Positions 26,531-40,342 of a stretch of DNA of 64,000 bases are shown here, piece after piece. Position 1 is the stretch's first letter; each line of letters opens with the position of its first letter. The notes beneath the pieces were generated by a model. That model saw only the letters and a list, made by a program, of their open reading frames with translations, was not told where the DNA came from and did no database searches. The stretch comes from Octopus sinensis (lineage: Eukaryota), in NCBI RefSeq assembly GCF_006345805.1, contig NC_043022.1, positions 8,432,001-8,496,000 of the forward strand, written 5' to 3'. Position numbers and translations under genes: made by a program.

Positions 26531-26799
26531 ACACGCATATATTTATGAACGTGTGTGTGTGTGTGTGTATCTATGCATTTCTGTCAAATCCCCAATGAAT
26601 TTACATGGGATCTCCTAACAATAATGTAAACTTCATATATTCAAGGTATCCTTGGCCTACCCCTCATTTGGATAATTTACTACTTCTGACGTTCAACTAG
26701 TCCCACTGAGTGGCACCTTGGGCAAGTTCTACTATAGCCTTGGGTCAACCAAAGCCTTGTGAGTGGATTTGGTAGATGGAAACTGCAAGAAGCCCATCG

Positions 26800-26832
<33 letters not shown>

Positions 26833-27027
26833 ATGTGTGTGTATATGTCTTGACATCTCTTGACAACCAATGCTGGTGTGTTTACATCCCCCTAAGCTAG
26901 CAGTTCAGCAAATGAGATTGATAGAATAAGTACTAGGCTTACAAAGAATAAGTCCTGAGGTCAATTTGCTTGACTAAAGGCGGTGCTCCAGCATGGCCAC
27001 AGTCAAATGACAGAAGCAAGTAAAAGA

Positions 27028-27079
<52 letters not shown>

Positions 27080-27249
27080 TATATATATTATATATATATA
27101 TATCATCATCATCATCATCATCGTTTAGCATCCGTTTTCCATGCTAGCATGGGTTGGACGGTTCAGCTGGGGTCTGTGAAGCTGGAAGGCTTCATCAGGC
27201 CTAGTCAGATCTGGCAGTGTTTCTACGGCTGGATGCCCTTCCTAACGCC

Positions 27250-27291
<42 letters not shown>

Positions 27292-28032
27292 ACACACTCC
27301 ACTCTGTGTATATATGTTTATATATACATTACTTGTTATAGCTTATGGTCAATGGCATTCCGACCATAGCCACCTCATGTGATTTCTACCCCAAATATAT
27401 TCTGACATATATTCAGAATGATAACATCTAACATTTCATGGCCTCTTTTAAACACAACATAGTCTGATTTGACTACTATTTCTAGCAACTGAGTGGCCAC
27501 TAAATGGTTCCCTTATTTGTGTTTCATGATACTATGTCATGAAAAGTATACTTTCATGTTTGTTGACTTTTGACTTTTTTCAATATCAGAGATGAAAGTA
27601 TGTTTTAGTATATGGTGTATTCCTATAGTGCTTAGTCCCCACCACCTGTCTGCCATTAAATAGAACACTAAAGCTTCATAATTATACTGTACTTTAAAAG
27701 TTCTGTACTTTAAAACTTCTTTCATGTTTTCTCAACTCTCTGTGTGTTGGTGTAATGTTATGTTCTCTCTCACATATATAGACAAACACTCACATAGACA
27801 TGCATAAACATACTCAAACATGTATGTGTATATATGCATATATCTATATATATATATGTATATAAGTGTGTATAAATGTATGTGTGTGTGTGTATGTATA
27901 TATATATATATATATCTAGTCATACTTGCTTATGTGTATGTATATATACATACCTGTGTTTGTGTGTATATATATATATATATGTATATAAGTGTGTATA
28001 AATGTATGTGTGTGTGTGTATATATATATATA

Positions 28033-28071
<39 letters not shown>

Positions 28072-28694
28072 ATATATATATATTTATATACAAGGCGCAG
28101 GCATGGCTGTGTTCTAAGAAGCTTGTTTCTCAACTGCATTGTTCTGGCTTCAGTCCCACTGCATGACACCTTGGGTAAGTGTCATCTACTATAGTGCTGG
28201 TCCAACCAAGGGCTTGTGTGTGGCTTTAGTCGACAGAAGCTGAAAGAATCCCATCATATGTATACATTTATATTTATGTGTGTGTGTATCTGTGTTTGTC
28301 CCCGCCACCAAAACGTGACAACTAATGTTGGTGTGTTTATATCCCTGTAACTTAGCAGTTTTGCAAAAAAGACCAATAGAATAAGTACTGGGCTTACAAA
28401 GAAGAAGTCGTAGGGTCTATTTTTTGTTGACTAAAAGGCAGTACTCAAGCATGGCTGCAATCTAATGACTGAAACAAACAAAAAAAATATAAAAGAGTTG
28501 TATTTATTTATCACCCAATGAGATACATCTGCACCACCAGATGCTCCTGAACCAGTTGTTGGGTGTCCCACCCATGAGGAATCAATGCTAGCTGTGTCGA
28601 AACAATTGTTGCGATTAATAATAATTTCTTGTATATTCCATCTTCTGTCTTTCATTTGCTCTCTCTCTCTCTTTCTTTATATATATATATGTGC

Positions 28695-28728
<34 letters not shown>

Positions 28729-29739
28729 GTAGATGTGTATATGTGTGTGTATATATATGTATACATGTGTGTATATATATATGTACATGTGTATGTGTGT
28801 GTATATATATATACATGTGTATACATGTGTATATATATATATATATACATGTGTATATGTGTGTGTGTGTGTATGTTTGTATATTTATACACACACACAG
28901 ACTCAAACATATACACATACATGCACATTCGTTCATTTACACCAAGAGTTTATAGTAAATTATATTTCATACATATATTTCTCGTGTTTTCCTAACTTGT
29001 AGACATGATAGAAAATATATATGTCACAAGAGAAGGCTAGCACTAAACATCTTCCCCTTACAATCGCACAATTGAGACATGGCCTATGAAATAACCTTGG
29101 TTATAACTGCATGTGTGGCCGCAGCTGCTGTTTTGAGGGAAAGGAGAACATAAGTTGCAATTTTTCTTATTACTCTGTGGATAATTCTATGGCTTGCTAA
29201 TTGGCAGAAACATTATTTTCAGCACAAAGCACTAATGTATGTAATCCTTTGTTTTTGTGTCTTCCAGGTGTACTAGTCAAATGAAATCGTGCCCACTAAA
29301 GCATGTGCATTGGTTCAATGGGTTTAACTCAAATTATTTCATTACCAGAAAGAAAAAAAAGTAAACACTATTGACATCTAGTAAGACGAATCTCTTCCCT
29401 GCAATAGAAATGAACAACCAAGGGCAGACATAGCTGTGTGGCTAAGAGGTTCATTTTGCAATCATAAGGTTTTGAGTTCAGTCCCACTGCACAGCACCTT
29501 GGGTGCCTTCTACTATAGCTCTGGACCAGCCAATGCTTGTGTGTGTTGTCTTTTACTACCCGCCATGCTTCTTCACCAAACTTTTTGGCGCCCTCCGATT
29601 CTTCCCCTCTCTTCCTCCCATCCTCCTCCCCTCTTCCTCCCATCCTCCTTAATCCCTTCTTTCTCCTTCTCTCTTGGTCACTGATTCTGTCCCCTGCCTT
29701 CCACCCTCTTTGATTCCCTCTCTCTCTGTCTCTCTTTCT

Positions 29740-30170
29740 CTCTCTCCGCGACCTGCTGCTTCTTCAACCATTCTGTTGGCCTTCGTATCTCGACCAACAT
29801 GTGTCCCCGCTACCGAAACGGTAATTATTTCTACGCCAGCTGCTATGTTGTTGTTGTTTTGTCTCATTTGGTCTAAAGTCGTATGACAACCACCGTTATA
29901 TATATTTTGTATTCATTACTGTTTTCAATTTCGTTTTTGTCTCTTGTATTCACATCCGTCTTGTGCGTTCACATTCCTGTCTTCTACAAGAAATCTAATG
30001 CTTACAGCTTAGTTTTTTTTCTTGGGGCTGGCCGAGTTGGAGCAAATATCAGAATTGAACAGCCGAAATTGCTATGATGATTCGGTGTCTGACTGAAGAT
30101 TGAAGGCTTCGAATGATTTGTCTGTGTTCCGTGTTCGTCCCTTCCTGTATTTCACGTTCATTATATATAA
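29740..30170 (-). repeat. Longer copy of dispersed repeat family D, CpG-retaining
   Basis: Right part is the reverse complement of 24290-24365; ends at a (TA)n tract. Confidence 0.55.
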
Positions 30171-30178
30171 AAACATTC

Positions 30179-30249
<71 letters not shown>

Positions 30250-30893
30250 CTGTGTAGGTGCAGCGGCCCAACTTTGCATATAGGACCTGGGGGTGATGTT
30301 TTGAGACATTGTACAGGGAAAGAATGTAAATGTTTCTCATATGCCAATTGGTCCCTTGTGACCATACTGTGGCACCACATTGTAAAATTATGAAAGCAAA
30401 TAAAAAAAAAAAGTGAAAATAATAATGATTTCAAATTTTGGTAAAAGGCCAGCAGTTTTAGGGGAAGGAGATAATTGATTACATCATCCTTAGTGCGTGA
30501 CTAGTACTTCACTTTTCAACTTTTTGGGGTAGAAAAATAGAGTCTATCTCTGCAGAATTTGAACACAGAATGTAAAGATGGACGAAATATTAGTAAGCAT
30601 ATTTTGCTGGGTATGATGGAAAGTGTCAGTCTGCAGGCTGTGAACAGCTAAGGTGACACTTGTTTACTGATTATGCTTCAAGAACCCTGCTGAGAACTCT
30701 TGCAGATCATAGCAATGGTAATTTTTTTAGGTGTTCTGTTTTTATGTTTGCACTAGTCTTCTTGAGCCATGTTGGTAGTTGAGTGCTGATACTTCCAAGT
30801 GCACTAATTACTACTGGTATCACGTCCACTTTCTTAATTGCCCACAACCTGTGTATTTCCCAGTATCATGCAAGTTTTTTTCTTTTTTGTTCA

Positions 30894-30933
<40 letters not shown>

Positions 30934-31148
30934 GGGTGGTGAGCTGGCAGAATCATTAGCACATCAGGTGAAATGCTTAGCAGTATTTCATCTGCTGCTA
31001 TGTTCTGAGTTCAAATTCTGCTGAAGTTGACCTTGCCTTTCATCCTTTCGGGGTTGGTGAAATAAATAGCAGTTATGCACTGGGGTTGATGTAATTGACT
31101 AGCCCACTTCCCCCAAAAAATTTCAAGGCCTTGTGCCTTGAGTAAAAA
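30934..31148 (+). mobile_element. tRNA-derived SINE, family E (GG.GG.GAGCTGGCAGAA head)
   Basis: Head ..GTTCTGAGTTCAAATTC, body CTTTCATCCTTTCGGGG. Relatives at 1820-1925(+), 6430-7320(-, three), 19045-19450(-, two), 22622-22800(-), 30425-30605(-), 31625-31835(+). Confidence 0.8.
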
Positions 31149-32919
31149 TAATTATTAATATACACTTGAGGAATTTCCAAGTGCTAAGATCACATCTCCT
31201 CCTCATAATTTTAGTAACATTAACATCTAATTTTAGAATCATTTAAAGTAAGGACATTGTTTCAATGCCTTTTAAGTGTGTCTAAAGCGAACTCTTCATA
31301 CTGGCCATATTCTGTGTAAATGAGTTTTCTCTAATCTTTAAACTCAATGTTATAATGAATTGTATTTTCCATTATTTTTAATCAATATTATTTTAATGTA
31401 TGTTTGAAATATTTCCATCTATCAAGTTAAGGCATTTCATGAGAAAGAAACAAAGAAATCTTGTCTAATTGTTTAGTAGCAGCAGTAGTTGTATTAACAT
31501 CAGTAGTAATCATAGTTGCTGTAGAAGTGGGTAGTAGTAGCATCAGTAGTAGTAGTGGTTGTTGTAGCAACAGCTGTAGTAGTGATAGTAGCAGCAGCAA
31601 CATTATTATTGTTAGTAGTATTAAGGCAACAAGTTGGTAGAATTGTTGGCACACTGGGTGAAATGCTTAATGGGATTTGGTCAACATTTACATTCTGAAT
31701 CCATATTCTGCTAGGATTGACTTTACCTTTCATCCTTCCAGGGTTGATAAAAAAAGTACCAGTTAAACACTGGAGACAGTTTAATTGACTAGTCCCCTCC
31801 CCAAAATTGCAGGCCTTGTGCCTATAGTAGAAAGGATTATTATTACTAAGCAAGCTGGCTTGCCCTTTATTATCTTTGACCCTAGTAGACCTATGTGTTC
31901 CAGTTTCCAGTTACATGACCACCCAATCTTATTTTCAGAAAATTCAGCCAGGAGTTCATTATCAAATTTGTCTTTTGATCTCTAAGGTAATTTGAGGGTA
32001 ATTTGGTTGCTGTTTATAGAAGGTTGGGCAATCATCTGGAGATTCCCCCACTTTTGATACTTGGAGCATTTAAAACATCCCCTTGATCCTCATTCTCATC
32101 ATTGTCATAGTCATCATCATCGTCATCATCTTCCTTATCATCCTCATTATCCACATCATCATACTCTGCCTCTTCATCCTCCTTCACGTCATAATCATCC
32201 GTATCCTCATCTCCCTCCTCATACTCCTCATCTTTCTCATCATACTCCTCATCTTCCTCATCATTACCATCTTTTTCTTGCCATTTATTTTGAGCAAGGT
32301 TTTATGATGTTCCTCATATAAATATATGAACATTACTTTATGGTGCATCATTTCTCTGAAGAACTTCCAGTTACTCATAAGTCCTTTTATTCTAATTGCT
32401 TCTCTCCTCAAACTGCTGCTCTCTGGAACTTACTACCATCATCTTGTTTTTCTCTGTTCTATCATATTTAGTCATTCAGTCTTTTAAACTTTATCATTCG
32501 ACAGCTTTTCAACTTGTAAGCCACTTCTTTTTCTTCTTGGTAGTCCCTTATGCTACAGTGTCCCTCAGGTCTTAATTGAAACAAAAATGTCCAAAAATAT
32601 GTATAATTAAATTAAGCTAAGAATGATGTGACTATTTCCTTATGTTCATAAATAATATAAACAAAATGATAAGTTGGAATAAAAAATTATTATTGCTGAC
32701 CAAAACATTCCAAGATCTCAGTTTTCTACTCAGTATAGGCATGGATGTGTGTTTAATAAGTTTGCTTAATATCATGTCGTGTTGGGTTCAGTTGTACTAC
32801 ATGGCATCTTGAGCAACTATCTTCTACCATAGTCCCAGGCCAAACAGAATCTTGTAAGTGATTCAGTGGATGGTAAGTGAAAGAAGCCTGTTGTATATGT
32901 ATTTATGTGTGAGTGTGTA

Positions 32920-32961
<42 letters not shown>

Positions 32962-33046
32962 TAATATATAAGCAAAATAGTGAGTTATAAAATCTCACGA
33001 AGTGACCAGAGTAATCATCATCATCATTTCTAACTATACTAAGCAG

Positions 33047-33077
<31 letters not shown>

Positions 33078-33680
33078 GTGTATATATATATAATATATAT
33101 ATATATATATGTGTAGTGTATATAAGTATGTATATGTGTATATATCTATATATATGTGTGTGTGTTTATATATGTGTATATGTATCGTGTGTGTGTATAG
33201 AACCACATAGTTCCAGGTTCAGTCCCACTGTATGGCTCCTTGGGCAGGCTTCTCTACTATAGTCTTGGGCTGACTAAAGCCTTATGAGTGGATTCAGTAG
33301 ACCAAAGGAGAAAGAAGCCTGTCGTGTGTGTTTGTCCCTGCTACTGCTTGATAACTGCTGTTGGTGTGTTTATGTCCCCATTCATCATCAACTTGTCAAT
33401 AGTACTAATTAGTATTGTGTTTCTATTTTCTTTTTGATTTAATGAGTAATTAGTTTGAGCATTTGGTTGTACCTTGTAATAAATGAAATATTGAATAAAT
33501 TGGAAGTGACAGGGAAAATTGTGAAAGACACTGAACTTTTGATTAATTATAAATGTGAAGAAGGTGGTTCCTGGGAAAACTTATAATGTGACAATATGAC
33601 ATCAGCAATGTTGTGTAGGGATGAGATGTATTTTTTCTTCACATTTCAGTAAAAAGAAAGCATTTTTTATGTGTGTGTAG

Positions 33681-34090
<410 letters not shown>

Positions 34091-34159
34091 GGTGATATAT
34101 ATATATATACACAGACACACACACACACACACACAATATATAAATATACATATATATAT

Positions 34160-34377
34160 ATCACGTGATCACGTGACCAACCAGACCATCAGATTTTGCT
34201 ACACATCACTGGTCACAATGCGTTCGCATTGTTTTAGCCTTCGAATGATGCCACCCCGCTGGCTAAGTGAGCAGGCCAACAGAAGAAAGAGTGAGAGAAA
34301 GAGTGGTAAAGGAGTACAGCAGGGATCACCACCCCCTGCTGGAGCCTTGTGGAGCTTTTAGATGTTTTCGCTCAATA
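34160..34377 (-). mobile_element. SINE family A body lacking its own head (inverted relative to 33791-34090)
   Basis: Reverse complement of 33878-34090. Confidence 0.88.
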
Positions 34378-34498
34378 CAAGCTTTTTGGTTGGTCTGAGG
34401 CTGTAGTAGAGCAAGGTGTCATGAGGGGGACTAAACCCCAAATCATGTGATTAGAAAGTAAACTTTTTACCACGCAATCACTCTTGTGCTTAAATGAG

Positions 34499-34616
34499 AA
34501 GCTTACAGTACCTAGGTTTCTCAAGCAGTCACCCATCTAAGTACTAACTAGGCTTGACATTGTTTAAATTAAGTGATTGGATGTGAACCAGTGCATTCAG
34601 TGATATGGCTGTAAAT
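34499..34616 (-). pseudogene. Full-length 5S rRNA pseudogene
   Basis: Minus strand TACAGCCATATCACTGAATGCACTGGTTCACATCCAATCAC..AGCCTAGTTAGTACTTAGATGGGTGACTGCTTGAGAAACCTAGGTACTGTAAGCTT aligns end to end with the metazoan 5S consensus; many differences are CpG transitions. Confidence 0.88.
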
Positions 34617-34631
34617 ATATATATATATATA

Positions 34632-34845
34632 TAGTTAGAGTTAATCCAAACAAGAAAGCACAAAAAAACACAACAATGCGAGGACGTGGAACAAATATAG
34701 TATTATTGGACGCTCAGGAAAGAAGGAAAGAAGGAGGGTTTAACGTTTCAAGCGGAGCTCTTCATCGGAAACATAGGAGAAGGAAAGATCCAGAGAAGGG
34801 AAGACAGAGGAAAAAAAATCACCAACAGTACACACGAGGTCACTT
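34632..34845 (-). mobile_element. Penelope-like terminal remnant with a hammerhead-like motif at 34738-34772
   Basis: Minus strand GTTT-CCGATGA-A-GAGC TCC GCTT-GAAACGT-T-AAAC; abuts (TA)n. A more decayed relative lies at about 46975-47015. Confidence 0.55.
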
Positions 34846-35240
34846 CATACATATGTATGTGTGTAGATACACAAGCATATATCTATCCAAAACAATTTTA
34901 ACCCAATAGTTACACATGCTATTATCTATATCTATTCAACTATCTCTTTTGCATTCATATATTAACAGTTTCCAGCTTAATTATAACAAAATATGAAACC
35001 CTTATTCTATGCTAATTTAGTTAGTTGTAAGATAGAAATTTAAATGTAATAAAATGTTTTAAAAGAATTTTAAATGCCTACGTGTTAAATGTAAACCTAC
35101 TTTTGCGCCACCCTGTATATGTGTGTGTGTGTGTGTGTGTATATATGTATGTATATATCTTTTTACTTGTTTTATTCATTAGGCTGTGGACATGCTGGGG
35201 CATCACCTTGAAGAATTTTAGTTGAACGAATCAACCCCAG

Positions 35241-35276
<36 letters not shown>

Positions 35277-36277
35277 TACTGGGGATGTAAACACGCATGC
35301 TTGTTGTCTGTATGTTTTACTTTTCAAAAGTACACTAAGCAACCGTCTGAATGTAGTGTTTATAAACTTGACACTAATAATACTAAAATACTAAAACAGT
35401 AGTAGAAAAGAGCAAAGTATGATTGATGTAGTAATATTTATATTACACATTGGTTCACCTTTTAAAGAATTTTTAAAGTTTAAGTTTAAGTCGAGTCGTG
35501 ATAGCAGTCTTCAATTCAAATCCTTATATTGGAAATGTTTTTTATCATTCTGTTTAACTCTTGCATATTTTCTGATTTGTTTGCAATCGTGTCTCTTTTT
35601 TTAATCCTTTTTTTTTTTTGTTACTACTGTTATATGTCTGAAAACATTCAATATTGGAGAGAGTGCTATTGAAGTTCCACTTTGTAAAACATTGCGTTGG
35701 GCGTTATATGTTTATATACAGCGTAGAAATGTTTTAGTTTCTATGTACCGAGAAATTTTGTTATTTATTTTGGATTTATTTATTTATTATTATATTTATT
35801 AGAGTTACATATGGCTCATTGAAATAAGAACATTATATTTGCTAGTTTTTAGCTATTGTTGTTGCTGTTGTATTGTTATTGATGTTGTTGGTATGGTTGG
35901 CAGTGATTGTGGTGGAGAAAGGGGAAACCACTGAAGTGTTGTTCATAATATGCCACAGTTTGGTCAGTAAGAAAATTACACAGCTACATTGAGTCTCATG
36001 TTTTTATTTATCTTTATTTATTCTTGTTTATTCTAAAACTATTCTTCCTCAGTATTCTTTTGTTTGTAACTGTGATTGCTTCAGCCATTGGTTTGTAGCC
36101 ATGCCAGGGCATCACCTTGTATGATTTAGCTGAATAAATTGAGCCCATTATTTAAGTCAGGTACTTATTGTATTGGTCTCATATACTGAACTATTAAGTT
36201 ACTGACACATAAACAAAACATCACCAGGTGTGAATTAGAGAGGTGGGGGTGCTATGCACACACACACATGCACACGA

Positions 36278-36326
<49 letters not shown>

Positions 36327-38819
36327 TCCTGACTATCAAATTCACTTAAGACATTGATCAGCCCATGGCTAAAGTAGAAGGCACTTGTCCTAGGTTCTGT
36401 GCCCTGAAACTGAACCATGTCTGCACTTGTCTTGAAAATAGTGTATATGAATGTGTCCAACCCCCTCTACTAGTCAGGTGATGTGTTTGATGGCATTTTC
36501 ACTTTAGCAGTACGTTTATCCTTGCTTATTACAGGTGTTTGGTTCTAAAAGTAAAACACAGTAGTCAATGCATTCTTTTATTTTTTTATTATTTTACTTG
36601 CTTCAGTCATTTTAGTGCAGCCTTGCTGGAGCACCACCTTGAAGGATTTTAGTCAAACAAATCAACCCCAGGGCTTATGTTTTTTAAGCCTAGTACTTAT
36701 TCTATCAGTCTCTTTTGCCAAACTGCTAAGTTATGGGGACATAAACACACCAATACCAGTTATCAAGCAGTGATGGGAGAACAAACACAGACACAAAAGC
36801 ACACACACAGATACACACACACACACACACACACACACGACAGGCTTTTTTAAAACCATTTGGTTGAGAAGCAAGCTTCTTGCCACATAGCTACACCTGC
36901 ACCTACATATGAATAATAGAACATATGAAAAAACTAGGTTTTATTCTAAGAGCTGAAGTTGTCTTCCTAACTTACCCAAATAACATCTCCAAACAGATTT
37001 TAAAAACATATAATGATAAGCAGAATAGTATGGTTTTCGTGAAGCATTGTCTGATATTGGTAAATGTTAAAAAAAAAACCCAGTGAGTTGTAAGAAACAA
37101 TACAAGTCAATGGTTTGTACATTTTTCTTGTATTTCAATATTTTGGAATTAGGACTCTTTCTTCAGGCAATCTTAAGTATATTATTTTGGCTTTTTAATA
37201 ACATATAATGATATTGTTACATGTTCAGAATAATATTTAGAGTAAAAATTAATAACAGATCAGTGATTAATAAAAAAAAAATACACTGAAAAGTATAACA
37301 AGCAAAATATTTGACTGATTGCTGACCTGTATTATCACAGATCAATTTGTGATATGCACAGCATGTTATACAATTGAGCATACCATCTTATCGTGGGTCA
37401 GTGGTGAATAAATCAGTGATGAATGAGGATAGATGTATATACAGGGCTAGTGGTGGGTAACAATGATGACATTGGTGGAGAAAATGTAGCATTGAGGAGG
37501 ATTTACTGCTTGGTCTGTTTGGCAGAATTTTGGAACTATGGAATACTGGGGCTAACTTACAGAAATCTTAGCCTGGTAGTGTTATTGAAAAGTACTAATG
37601 GTTCATGACAAACTCTGAAATATGTGCAGAGTGACAAAACCATAATGCATGCACTCATGTAGTGTTCAAGCATTGCTGATTTATAGTGTTATGCCAGACT
37701 GCTGCTTGTTGCATATAAAATGGATCTTGCTGTCAGTTGGTTGCATTGTGAAGATTGCTCTACTGCCTACCTTTAATAGGGCTGCCAGGTGTACAAAACA
37801 GCTTGTGTAGTAAATGATGCTGAAAGGAGTGAGAACAGACACCTTCCACTACGTTCAAGTCCTCACATAATTGCTTGTGCCAGTGACAGCTATAATATTT
37901 GGAATTGATGGGTTCTTCTGTTGTAGATGACATATGAGGTTTCTGTAAATTATTGTTAAACAACCTGCGCAGATGATTTGTTTATAGTGATCAAATGTTT
38001 GTAACTGTACATTAACTCACCATTACCACCATCAAATTGATACATTGCTTGCACAGTTGCATGGTATGTCACTTCTAAGATGTTGAAGTGATTGCAAAGT
38101 AACATGAACTGAAGTGTTTTGCTCAAGAACACAACAGTCTGCCTAGTCTGGTAATTGAAAACACAATCTCGCAATAGTGCGTGCAACACCATAACCACTT
38201 AGCATGTGCCCTTGGAATGAATGAGAAAATTTATGAATGAATAGCTGTAAAATTTAGTAATTTGTTGACTCAGTAATTGTTGTTTTAAAGGTTATATTTC
38301 TATTGTTATCTTGTTTATCCAGTTTGATGTAGTTATTATTATAGATTTTGTGTGATTATTTGTGTATTTCAATGTATCTAAAAGCAGAAAAAATATACAC
38401 TTTATGTATATTAACAAATGAAAAAACTGGTAATTAGTATGGAATTCAAGTTCAATTGAAAAGGAAAATGAGGTTGAAGAAGAAAGTATTCTGCTCCAGT
38501 GAATTTATCAAAAAGTAAGTGATTGTAGCAAAAATAGAGTAAATGAAACTACTCAAGACATGTACCTGTAGTTCAGAGGAGAATGGAAGGGATGGAGGTA
38601 TACATCGTTGTTGATCAGAGTGAAGTTGGATCTGTGAGATGGAGTTCCTTGATTGGTACTAATTAGAGGCTCTACTCTATCAGGAGGACTGTATCACCCT
38701 TGTATTCATATATTTTGTATACTATGTATACCTTTCATCTCATTTTCCCTCTCAGTCACAAATAAAAAATAATAATAGTAATAATAGCAGAAAAGGGCAT
38801 GAACATGTGTGTGTGTATT

Positions 38820-39128
38820 CATGTAGGTTAGTGGTTAGATTATTCGGTTCATGGTTATAAGGTCATGAGTTTGATTCTTGGTGGTGCATTCTGTCCTTGA
38901 TCCAGACACTTTATTTCATGTTGTTTCAGTCCACTCAGCTGGCAAAATGAGTTGTACCTATAATTCAAAGGGTCAGCCTTGTCATGCTATGCTGAATCTC
39001 TCTGAGAACTACATTAAGAATACTTGTGTCTGTGGAGTACTCAGCAACTTTACGCATAAATTTCACAAGCAGGCTGTTCCATTGGTCAAATCAACTAGAA
39101 CCCTTGCTGTTGTAACTGACAGAGTGCC
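38820..39128 (+). mobile_element. SINE with family C head and the same tail as 8945-9332
   Basis: Head ..CAGTCCACTCAGCTGGCAAAA; tail TCAAAGGG.CAGCCTTGTCA..GAGAACTAC.TTAAG..GTAACTGAC.GAGTGC. Confidence 0.75.
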
Positions 39129-39185
39129 ACTTTTTTTTTTATATGTGGGTGTGCATATATACACACATCTATATGGATGGATATG

Positions 39186-39428
39186 GAGGCACATGGCTTA
39201 GTGGTTAGGGTGTCAGAATCATGATCGTAAGATTGTGGTTTTGATTCCTGGACCAGGCGATGTGTTGTGTTCTTGAGCAAAACACTTCATTTCACGTTGC
39301 TCCAGTCCACTCAGCTGGCAAAAATTAGTAACGCTGCGATGGACTGGCCTCCCGTCCAGCTGGAGAACACATATGCAATAGAAACCAGGAAACCGGGCCC
39401 ATGAGCTTAGCTAGGCTTTAAACGGGTG
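39186..39428 (+). mobile_element. SINE, family C head
   Basis: GGAGGCACATGGCTTAGTGGTTAGG..GTGTTCTTGAGCAAAACACTTCATTTCACGTTGCTCCAGTCCACTCAGCTGG. Relatives at 1-140, 4700-5045, 12815-13050, 17110-17330, 37910-38215, 54170-54440. Confidence 0.8.
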
Positions 39429-40286
39429 CATATATTTTTTTATTATATGGATGGATAGATAAAAACATGCTAGTAAAAGATAAAGATAAAATAAGTTGGA
39501 GGCAAGTCAAAAAATGGTAAAGGGGAGAAAAAGCATAGAAAAGTAAAATAAAATGAAACCATGACAATTATGAAGTGATAATAAATATAGCAAGTGGAAA
39601 GAAATTAAAAATCTATTATTTCAGATTTTATCTTTAATGAAAGAGGGCTATAAGATTTGAGAAAAAGAGGAAGTGAAGAAATAAGACCAACATAAACTTA
39701 ATGTCTGTGTAACATTGCAGATATGTTCAAATAAGTTTGAAGTTACATAGTAGGATAATACACACATTCATATGTGCACACACACACATAACTATATATC
39801 TTGTATCTTGTTTCAGTCATTACATTGCACTTGAATGAATGAACCCCAATACTTATATTAATTTTAAACACATTATTTATTCTATCAGTCTGTTTTGCCA
39901 AACCACTAAGTTATGGGGATGCAAACACACTAACTCCAGTCAAGTGGGAGTGGGGGATAAACAACATCTCAAAGACACACACACATATATATGAAGAGAT
40001 GGCGGCATGGATTTCCACCTCGGCATCTGAAACTCAGAGTTTTATCATGGCTACCAAATAATTGTCACATATTACATTTACAGATAAATTCCTCTATTTA
40101 CATAATATCGAGGTCTCTTTCTTTCTTTTGTTGTCTTACCATTTTTATCAATATATATATTAAGCAAAACATTTTAAGCTACAGTAATAATAAATAAAAA
40201 AAAACATAAAAATAAGTGATTGTTTTATAGATATTTCAAAATTATGATGCTATGTGTTTCCATTATTTTGTTCAACCCCTGTACAT

Positions 40287-40341
<55 letters not shown>

Positions 40342-40342
<1 letters not shown>

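Noticed and set aside
25924-26548. 166-aa and 168-aa plus-strand ORFs
   Set aside because: Antisense read-through of the RTE 3' UTR VNTR.
28585-29002. Y/I/C/V- and H/T-rich ORFs here and at 4473, 7643, 16313, 23914, 27820, 33602, 56506, 60354
   Set aside because: Translations of (TA)n, (CA)n and (TG)n microsatellites.
30085-30135. CTGAAGA..CTTCGAA in family D as a hammerhead
   Set aside because: Could not build stems I-III around the core in either copy.
34499-34616. Functional 5S rRNA gene
   Set aside because: Single copy, many stem-disrupting transitions, a 2-nt deletion and no proper oligo-T terminator.
37330-37800. Possible antisense CR1 remnant
   Set aside because: Similarity to the 1230-1590 fragment is too faint to call.
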